Positions 1 through 6,248 of a stretch of DNA of 24,619 nucleotides are shown piece by piece; the first letter of the stretch is position 1, and each line of letters starts with the position of its first letter. The stretch comes from an uncultured Oscillospiraceae bacterium. Lineage in GTDB: Bacteria > Bacillota > Clostridia > Oscillospirales > Butyricicoccaceae. Under the pieces are notes generated by a model that was not told the DNA's origin, searched no databases, and was given only the letters and a program-made list of their open reading frames with translations. The translations under genes and the position numbers were made by a program. Where the stretch lies: contig CAZOSH010000001.1 in the NCBI GenBank assembly GCA_964582395.1, positions 1 through 24,619 of the forward strand, written 5' to 3'.

Positions 1-1
1 T

Positions 2-58
2 AATTAAAAGGTTGCCCACGCCCGGCAAACCAAACACCTGCTCCACCACGATGCTGCC
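2..58 (-). other. Fragment of a peptide/nickel ABC transporter permease (OppB/DppB-like) joined to telA
   Basis: A minus-strand frame different from telA reads GSIVVEQVFGLPGVGNLLI, matching the C-terminal motif of OppB/DppB/NikB permeases. Confidence 0.7.
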
Positions 59-771
59 ATCAGTCTGTCATTGTTTTGCACCAATCGCAGCTGCGGTCCC
101 ATCTGCAATGCTACCGCCCGGGTCAGCTCAAGGTCGTGAAGCTTGCTTTCAAAGCGGTCGCAAAGGGTCAATATATCCCGCACAGCCTGAGCATCCTCGG
201 GTAAGCCGCTTTGCTCTGCTTTTTCTTTCAGTGCAGGGATGGTTTCCTTGTAAATATCTCCGAGCTTGCCCTTGCCCGCCATTATGTAAAGTGTCAAAAG
301 GCGGAAGTTTTGCAGATTATGCTCATAAAGCTGATCTAAAAGGGCAATATCACGAAGCAGTATCACCTGCTGCTCCTCCAGACCTTCCGTAAGCTTTTCC
401 ACGCTTTTTTCCGCCTTGTCATATTTGAGTTTGAGTGCTGTGACACGGGTTTTTCCTTTGCCCAACAGCTTGCCTACAAAGCCTTCCTTTTCCTGTTCAA
501 AATCCTTTAATTCACCTGCAAGAGCCGAAAGCATATCACCCACTTGCCCCAACTCCTTGGCGCGTACATTGTCAAGGGCGGACGCGGCAAACTCCGCAAT
601 TGCCGTCTGCGCCTCACCCCCGTAGTGCAAGACGCTTTCGGCATCGGCAATGTCAATTTGAGCGGCAAGACAAGACAGCTTTTCTTTTTCCTGCTCGGTC
701 AGGTCGGCGGTATTCAGATAATCGGGGCTATTATAAACTTCCTGCTCGGCGGCGGTAGTCTGCTCATTCAT
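4..771 (-). CDS. telA: Toxic anion (tellurite) resistance protein, TelA/YaaN family; 3'-truncated or chimeric
   Basis: Motifs YGGEAQ and DRFESKLHDLELTRAVALQMGPQLRLVQNND are typical of TelA. It lies downstream of an xpaC-like gene. ATG 771 follows a GGAGGG RBS. Homology stops at about nt 56. Confidence 0.85.
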   Translation of the reverse strand: MNEQTTAAEQEVYNSPDYLNTADLTEQEKEKLSCLAAQIDIADAESVLHYGGEAQTAIAEFAASALDNVRAKELGQVGDMLSALAGELKDFEQEKEGFVGKLLGKGKTRVTALKLKYDKAEKSVEKLTEGLEEQQVILLRDIALLDQLYEHNLQNFRLLTLYIMAGKGKLGDIYKETIPALKEKAEQSGLPEDAQAVRDILTLCDRFESKLHDLELTRAVALQMGPQLRLVQNNDRLMAASWWSRCLVCRAWATF

Positions 772-787
772 AACATGACCCTCCAAT

Positions 788-1423
788 TTAATGTTTGTCA
801 ATAAGTCGGTTTGCCTGAAGCAAGGCTTTTATGGCTGTGATCTCGGCATTTATATCCATTGCCCGCAGGAGAAAGAGATCATCCTGCAGCTTTTCAAATG
901 CCGCCCCCATTTGCTCCAGCATTGCGGCGCTTTTTTCCATAGTCTGCACGATGTTACGCCCTTTTGGGTTTTGCTTTTCCATACGGCAATATTCCTCTGC
1001 AAGTCTTAGGGCGGCGGGCAGATAGAACCGCACAAACCGCCGCAGTCTGTCATTCTCGTGGGGGTGTGTCTCGCCCCAAGCCAAAAGACCTCGGGCGGCA
1101 TCGTCAATGCGATATATGCTTTGTCTCACCTGCGGGTCTTGGGTGCTTTCCGCGGCGGCGTACAGCTTGGCGCGGAGCTCTTGCCCGTTTTCAAGCAGCT
1201 CGGATCGTGGAGCATCCGCTCGGTACACCACTCTTTTGGGAAGCAGAGATGATAAAAGCAGATAAACCGCTCCCGCGGCAAGCCCTGCGCTCAGAAAACT
1301 GAAAAAATCCGTCATAGGAAAGCAGATCCCGTAGCATAACACTACTATGCCCACAGAATAAATGGGCAGTACGCTCTTTTCGGTGACCGCCCTGTATTTT
1401 TCGGGCGGGGTGTTTTTCCCCAC
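788..1423 (-). CDS. xpaC: XpaC-like 5-bromo-4-chloroindolyl phosphate hydrolysis family membrane protein
   Basis: Two N-terminal hydrophobic segments, RRFVRFYLP motif, C-terminal MDINAEI. The xpaC-telA pairing is conserved. AGGAGGTG RBS precedes GTG 1423. Confidence 0.8.
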   Translation of the reverse strand: MGKNTPPEKYRAVTEKSVLPIYSVGIVVLCYGICFPMTDFFSFLSAGLAAGAVYLLLSSLLPKRVVYRADAPRSELLENGQELRAKLYAAAESTQDPQVRQSIYRIDDAARGLLAWGETHPHENDRLRRFVRFYLPAALRLAEEYCRMEKQNPKGRNIVQTMEKSAAMLEQMGAAFEKLQDDLFLLRAMDINAEITAIKALLQANRLIDKH

Positions 1424-1488
1424 ATTGCACCTCCTTTTTGCCTTTATTTTATATATTATTCAAAATACTATGATTTAATTAAAAAATG

Positions 1489-1497
1489 TGCTATACT
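1489..1497 (+). promoter_or_regulatory. Extended -10 promoter element for proC
   Basis: TGcTATACT in an AT-rich divergent intergenic region; AAGGAG RBS at 1518-1523. Confidence 0.5.
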
Positions 1498-1530
1498 TAA
1501 CCCGTAACCCACCGCCAAAGGAGAATTATT

Positions 1531-2331
1531 ATGTATAAATTGGGAACTATCGGATTTGGAAATATGGGCAGCGCGATTCTTGCAGGCGCTGTCAGTGGAA
1601 ATATTGCCGCGGCGAGAGAGATCGCCGTCTTTGACCTGTCCCCCGACAAGCAGCAGGAATGCCGCGATAAGGGATATGCCCTGCTCAGCAGCGCTCTTGA
1701 TGTCTTTGAAAACTGTGAAATGGTGCTTTTTGCCGTCAAGCCTCAGGGAATGGAAGGTCTGCTCTCTCAGCTTAAAGAGGCAAAAAAGCCTTACCCCACT
1801 ATAATCAGCATCGTTGCGGGCTATCCTTCCTCAAAGATCCGCGCATCTCTTGACGGAGTTCACGTTGTCCGCGTAATGCCCAATACCCCCCTGCTGTTGG
1901 GTTGCGGCGCTACCGCCCTTTGCGCTTGCGAAGGAACCACCAATGATGAGCTTTATGCTGCCGAAAAGCTTTTCTCGGGCTTGGGCGAGACCTGCATTAT
2001 CGGCGAGGATAAGATGAATGAGATAATTGCCATCAACGGCTCTTGCCCCGCCTTTGTTTATTACTATATCGAAGCCCTTTCCCGTTGGGGTGAAAGCGTG
2101 GGACTTAACTATGACGATTGTCTGCGTCTGTGCGCCAAGACCTTTGAGGGCAGTGCAAAAATGATCCTGCAGGGCGATGTTCCTCCCGCAGAATTGATCC
2201 GCCACGTCTGTTCCCCCGGCGGCACTACCATTGCCGCAATGAATGTGCTTGAAGAAAGAAACGCCGCGGTGATACTGCAAGATGCAGCAAAGGCTTGCAC
2301 AGAAAGAGCATATGAATTAGGAAAGATGTAA
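1531..2331 (+). CDS. proC: Pyrroline-5-carboxylate reductase
   Basis: GFGNMG Rossmann motif, FAVKPQ, RVMPNTP, GSCPAF and VCSPGGTT signatures. Confidence 0.96.
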   Translation: MYKLGTIGFGNMGSAILAGAVSGNIAAAREIAVFDLSPDKQQECRDKGYALLSSALDVFENCEMVLFAVKPQGMEGLLSQLKEAKKPYPTIISIVAGYPSSKIRASLDGVHVVRVMPNTPLLLGCGATALCACEGTTNDELYAAEKLFSGLGETCIIGEDKMNEIIAINGSCPAFVYYYIEALSRWGESVGLNYDDCLRLCAKTFEGSAKMILQGDVPPAELIRHVCSPGGTTIAAMNVLEERNAAVILQDAAKACTERAYELGKM

Positions 2332-2346
2332 AAATAAAATTGCGTC

Positions 2347-2428
2347 TTTCTCCGTGAATACTGCAGAACTGCCGTTGCGCCGTACACAGAGTACTGCCAC
2401 AACGGCAGTTTTTTGTCTCACGAAGAAA
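2347..2428 (-). repeat. Structured ~80-nt GTAC-hairpin element, copy 1
   Basis: Outer stem tttctccgtga/tcacgaagaaa, inner stem aactgccgttg/caacggcagtt, apex gtacacagagtac. Confidence 0.85.
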
Positions 2429-2479
2429 TCCATCAATTTTACGATAGTGAGACGAAGCATGGCGTAGAAACAACGCACC

Positions 2480-2560
2480 TTTCTCCGCGAATACATCGCA
2501 TTGTTCGCTCGCCGTACAAAAAGTACTGTCTTCGCTCACGTTATTCGTCTCGCGAAGAAA
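2480..2560 (-). repeat. GTAC-hairpin element, copy 2
   Basis: tttctccgcga/tcgcgaagaaa, apex gtacaaaaagtac. The interior is nearly identical to 14116-14196. Confidence 0.85.
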
Positions 2561-2604
2561 TCTGTTTTTTTCGAATCAATGTAAATCGCGTCTTTCTTCT
2601 CGAC

Positions 2605-2630
2605 GGGACGCAGAGGGCTGCATCCCCTAC
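2605..2630 (-). repeat. GTAG-type REP palindrome
   Basis: Minus strand GTAG-GGGATGCAG-ccct-CTGCGTCCC; siblings at 2826-2851 and 16908-16933. Confidence 0.75.
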
Positions 2631-2749
2631 ATCAGCCCCACTTGTCGTGCGCCGTACACTGTACAGTCTCGACTGTCCATAAACAGCTTGCTTTGCTCGC
2701 AGTGAATAGATAAGAGAGAAAAGGCGTCGGCAAAGTCGACGGATTGATT

Positions 2750-2820
2750 TGCAATCCCTCACCGCCTTCGGCGGAGCTCCCTTTGCACAAGGGAGCCAAG
2801 ACGGTGTCGCTACGCGACGG
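2750..2820. repeat. Clostridial REP-like palindrome cluster
   Basis: ccgccttcggcgg, gctccctttgcacaagggagc and gtcgctacgcgac hairpins. Related inverted copies lie at 16995-17078 and 21198-21217. Confidence 0.65.
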
Positions 2821-2825
2821 AATTT

Positions 2826-2851
2826 GTAGGGGAGGCAGCCCTCTGCCTCCC
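2826..2851 (+). repeat. GTAG-type REP palindrome
   Basis: GTAG-GGGAGGCAG-ccct-CTGCCTCCC. Confidence 0.75.
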
Positions 2852-2899
2852 GTCTGTCTGCAATTCATTTAATAAAAATTGTAAATAATTTGTGAACGG

Positions 2900-2937
2900 A
2901 AAATCCCCGATTTTTGTCAAAAATCGGGGATTTTTTT
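2900..2937 (+). terminator. Intrinsic terminator, probably for proC
   Basis: Perfect inverted repeat aaaatccccgattttt-gtc-aaaaatcggggatttt running into a T tract. Confidence 0.7.
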
Positions 2938-2944
2938 CATTTCT

Positions 2945-3044
2945 TTGTAACCTTTTCAAAGCTTTTGTAACCCTTTTGTTTCCGTTGTAAATCCTTTGTT
3001 TCCATTGTTACTTTTTTGTGATTCTTTTGTAATTCTTTTGTTGT
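2945..3044 (+). promoter_or_regulatory. Phased direct-repeat array of TGT(A/T)AH-like hexamers (candidate OmpR/WalR-family sites)
   Basis: TGTAAC 2946, TGTAAC 2966, TGTTTC 2977, TGTAAA 2986, TGTTTC 2997, TGTTAC 3006, TGTGAT 3017, TGTAAT 3028, TGTTGT 3039. Confidence 0.5.
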
Positions 3045-3072
3045 TGTCAGGCTTTTTCTTTTGTTATAAACT
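3044..3072 (+). promoter_or_regulatory. SigA-like promoter of the lipoprotein gene
   Basis: TTGTCA (3044-3049), 17-nt spacer, TAAACT (3067-3072). Confidence 0.5.
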
Positions 3073-3114
3073 GAAGCCGCAAACAAAAAACACCCCGACG
3101 GGAAAGGAAAAACT

Positions 3115-5604
3115 ATGAAAAAAGATATCTTCAAGGCACTGATAATTTCCACATTAATTTTATCATTGATATTTACTCTGCTTGCCTGCGCGGGCGAGGA
3201 TAATTTTACACCAAGCGGAACTTTACCCAATACACCCGTGCAAGATCAGGAAAAAGGCGAAAACAACCCCGATAAGCCTTCCACCCCCGGCACCACCGAT
3301 AAGCCTACAGACCCCGCCACCCCCGATGTGCCGGTTACCCCCTCCGATCCCGCTGACCCCGGCGATCCCATTGTACCGGTTACCCCTTCCGACCCCGAAA
3401 AGTCGAGCGCGTCTGCAATACCCGATACCCCCGCCGAGCCTTCTGCGGCGGTTGAGCAAAAACCTGACCAAAAGACTTTGGATATTCTTGCCTCAACCAC
3501 TAAGCGGGATTTTGAAAACATAATTAAAGGTGGGCTTGCAAGCACATTGGTATCACTTGCCGACGGTACAGTATGGGGCATTGACGAGGATAATGATGTG
3601 GGGTTTACCCTCCGCAGCAGCAAGCCCGCAATAAAACTGTCGGTTTCACCGGGCGCGGCCATAGTTTTCTGCGGCAATGATACTTACAAAGGATTGTCCA
3701 ATGTGGTGGATGCCTACAGCGAACAACGGGCTATGGGCGGTTGGATACTTCAAGACAACGGTGATCTGTGGGTGTGGAACAGAGATGGCGTGACTGTCTA
3801 TGACCCCGTAAAGATCGCAGAGAACATTGCAGAATATTTTCAGGATCAAAAGGTTGCAATTACCACGGATGGAGACCTTGTGTACATAGATTACCAAGCG
3901 CAGGCGGGAAAGCTTGTTTCCTCAGAGATAACAAAGCGGATGGATAATGTAAAGACTTATTCCCAAGGCCTTGCCATAGACAGCAATAATATGGTTTGGA
4001 GAATAAATGAGGGTAAAGCCGTAAAAATGCTTTCCCACGGCAAGACTATTGCAAATGAGAATTATGTAATTACCGAGCATAATGAGCTTTGGTATATTCC
4101 CTATTCGGGGTATCCTCGTATGATATCCGAAAATGCGGCGGAGCATTACGGAGGTGAATATAATGTGATCCTTACCCCAAAGGGAGCGCTTACCTATACA
4201 GCAGAGGAAAAGACCCAACTGATTGCCGAAGATGTTGCCCGTGTTTTCAGCCCATCGACCTTTATAGATAAAACGGGAAGTCTGTATCGGTATGACTTTG
4301 AATCCAAGGAAAAAAACTTGATAGATATCAATGTTGTCCATTACGAGTCGGGCTACTACATAAAATCCGATGCTACACTTTGGGAGTTCTGCTACGAAAA
4401 CGGCAAGCTTTCAAATACAACGCAGGTTCTTGACAATGTACTTATGCCCGACACATCTGCCCCATATCAGCCTTCTGCGGAGACACTTAAGCTTCTTGCA
4501 AGCACAACACCAAAGGATTTTGAAAGAATAATACAGGCGGGCTTTGACTACGTGCTTTTAGTTGCCCGTGCCGACGGCACGGTATGGGGTGGCTATGTTG
4601 ATGAAAATAATGATATCCGACAGATGAGTTCAATGCCTGCTTTAAAGTTTATTGCGCGGCAATACGGACTGAATACTCTGAATGTTGACGGCACTTTCAA
4701 GCGTGCTGACGGTTATGTTTTTACCGATGTTGTGGATGCTGATGCCGATGTGTGGGACGGATGGGTAATAAAGTCCGATGGCAGTCTTTGGACATGGTAT
4801 AAGATAAGCAACGGACAATTCATCGGAATACAAACAGAGCCGGAAAAAAATGCCAAAAATGTTAAAGTGTATTATCCCGATCAAGATTGGTATCTTACTC
4901 CTGACAATGACCTGATGATGATTACTTCAAAGATCAGTGAAGAAGGCATTCCCGTTGCAAAGCTTTTGCTGAAAAATGTAAAGACCTGCAGTGGTATTTT
5001 GATTCTTGACAATAACAATATGCTTTGGGTTCGGACCGCAGATGGCGTGAAGCAGGCAATGGCAAATGTGAAAAGTTTACACCACGGTGAATATATAATA
5101 ACCGAAGACAACATTCTTTACTATGTTCGCAGCTCTGAGGATATAGTGAAAGTTCGTGAGAATATAAGAGACATAGTCTCGTTTGGCGCTGATGGATACT
5201 GTCAAATTACTACGAACAATGAAATCTATTACGGAAACAAAAAACTTGCGGATGACTGCCGATATGTGATCTATGCCCCGGGGGCATACCAAATAAAATA
5301 TATGGATAATAAGGGCAATGCGTGGTTTTTAGATGAAAAAACCGGAGAAAAACACCTTGCCGTTACCGATGCGGTTTATGCCTGCGGTATAGAAGCAGTT
5401 ACCTATTGTATAAAGGCTGATGCAACATTGTGGATAAGCTGGTATGAAAACGGTGAGCTTTGTTCAAAGCAGATCCTTGACAATGTATTGATGCCGGGGC
5501 AGACACCCGAGCAGCCCGCGCAGTCCGAAAATCCTGCAACTCCCGTGTCTCCCGCTACACCCTCGGATATTGGCTTTTTTGCCACAACAACAGATATACA
5601 ATAA
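3115..5604 (+). CDS. Predicted lipoprotein (829 aa) with Pro-rich linker and two tandem ~330-340-aa beta-propeller-like modules
   Basis: Signal peptide MKK...FTLLAC (Cys25), P/T/D-rich linker, internal duplication 3463-4449 vs 4471-5496 (DFExII...ADGTVWG...IKxDATLW...LDNVLMP). AAGGA RBS. Confidence 0.85.
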   Translation: MKKDIFKALIISTLILSLIFTLLACAGEDNFTPSGTLPNTPVQDQEKGENNPDKPSTPGTTDKPTDPATPDVPVTPSDPADPGDPIVPVTPSDPEKSSASAIPDTPAEPSAAVEQKPDQKTLDILASTTKRDFENIIKGGLASTLVSLADGTVWGIDEDNDVGFTLRSSKPAIKLSVSPGAAIVFCGNDTYKGLSNVVDAYSEQRAMGGWILQDNGDLWVWNRDGVTVYDPVKIAENIAEYFQDQKVAITTDGDLVYIDYQAQAGKLVSSEITKRMDNVKTYSQGLAIDSNNMVWRINEGKAVKMLSHGKTIANENYVITEHNELWYIPYSGYPRMISENAAEHYGGEYNVILTPKGALTYTAEEKTQLIAEDVARVFSPSTFIDKTGSLYRYDFESKEKNLIDINVVHYESGYYIKSDATLWEFCYENGKLSNTTQVLDNVLMPDTSAPYQPSAETLKLLASTTPKDFERIIQAGFDYVLLVARADGTVWGGYVDENNDIRQMSSMPALKFIARQYGLNTLNVDGTFKRADGYVFTDVVDADADVWDGWVIKSDGSLWTWYKISNGQFIGIQTEPEKNAKNVKVYYPDQDWYLTPDNDLMMITSKISEEGIPVAKLLLKNVKTCSGILILDNNNMLWVRTADGVKQAMANVKSLHHGEYIITEDNILYYVRSSEDIVKVRENIRDIVSFGADGYCQITTNNEIYYGNKKLADDCRYVIYAPGAYQIKYMDNKGNAWFLDEKTGEKHLAVTDAVYACGIEAVTYCIKADATLWISWYENGELCSKQILDNVLMPGQTPEQPAQSENPATPVSPATPSDIGFFATTTDIQ

Positions 5605-5620
5605 AAAGGTAGTGATAAAG

Positions 5621-5719
5621 ATGAAAAGATCAATTGCAATTATTGCAGGGGCGCTGCTCTTGTGCGCTGCAGGCGTGGGCATCGTCGCCCGTCTTCGCAG
5701 AAACACCTATGATTTTTAA
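5621..5719 (+). CDS. Small 32-aa single-pass membrane peptide (not in ORF track)
   Basis: MKRSIAIIAGALLLCAAGVGIVARLRRNTYDF. It starts 16 nt after the lipoprotein stop, follows AAAGGTAGTGA, and lies before the hairpin at 5758. Confidence 0.5.
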   Translation: MKRSIAIIAGALLLCAAGVGIVARLRRNTYDF

Positions 5720-5757
5720 CTGACTTTTTCGTGTGTTCTCCTTTCTCTTTTCCCCTA

Positions 5758-5800
5758 TATAAGCAAAGCCTCAGGTATAGTGCCGGGGGCTTTGCTTATA
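5758..5800. terminator. Stem-loop between the lipoprotein unit and blaI-like gene
   Basis: tataagcaaagcc ... ggctttgcttata, a 13-bp perfect inverted repeat. The plus-strand U tail is weak. Confidence 0.55.
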
Positions 5801-5808
5801 AAAAGTAG

Positions 5809-5836
5809 TTGACAAGTGTAAACCTGACTTTATACA
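5809..5836 (+). promoter_or_regulatory. Promoter with overlapping BlaI/MecI/CopY-type operator
   Basis: TTGACA at 5809-5814 and TATACA at 5831-5836. TTGACA-AG-TGTAAA matches the TACA-NN-TGTA dyad with one mismatch. Confidence 0.6.
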
Positions 5837-5863
5837 AACCCATACAATCAAGAGGTGAGCATT

Positions 5864-6247
5864 ATGAACAAGATAAATCTTTCCGAAAGTGAATGGAAAA
5901 TAATGAAACTGCTCTGGAGCGAAAGCCCCCGTACATTAAAGGAGCTTGTAGAGCAGCTTGAAGAAGAAACAGGCTGGACAAAAGCGACCGTTTTCACCCT
6001 GCTTAAGCGCCTTATAGCAAAGGATGCGGTAAGGATGGAGGATGACGGAAGCCACCACCAGTATTATCCCGCCGTTTCACGCAATGATGCCCAAGCCGAG
6101 GAGACAGTATCCTTCCTTTCCCGAGTTTATGACGGAAGCGTGGGACTGATGATGTCGGCGCTTACCTCGAGACATAGTCTGTCAGAGGAGGAAATTGCCG
6201 AGCTGCACAAGATTCTCGACGAGGCAGAGAAGAAAAAGAGAGGTTAA
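5864..6247 (+). CDS. BlaI/MecI/CopY family transcriptional repressor
   Basis: LSESEWKIMKLLW, W..ATVFTLLKRLIAK, FLSRVYDGS, LSEEEIAEL. GAGGTG RBS before ATG 5864. Confidence 0.95.
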   Translation: MNKINLSESEWKIMKLLWSESPRTLKELVEQLEEETGWTKATVFTLLKRLIAKDAVRMEDDGSHHQYYPAVSRNDAQAEETVSFLSRVYDGSVGLMMSALTSRHSLSEEEIAELHKILDEAEKKKRG

Positions 6248-6248
6248 T

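Noticed and set aside
2347..2560. Tandem GTAC elements as a CRISPR array
   Set aside because: Units are about 80 nt, internally variable and dispersed; there is no repeat-spacer periodicity and no cas gene.
2109..2868. Short ORFs in repeat-rich intergenic DNA (also 14075-14344, 16510-17140, 20909-21309)
   Set aside because: They are translations of palindromic repeats with no convincing RBS or family motif.
2945..3044. 20-bp repeats as replication iterons
   Set aside because: They are degenerate, there is no rep gene, and they directly abut a promoter in chromosomal context.
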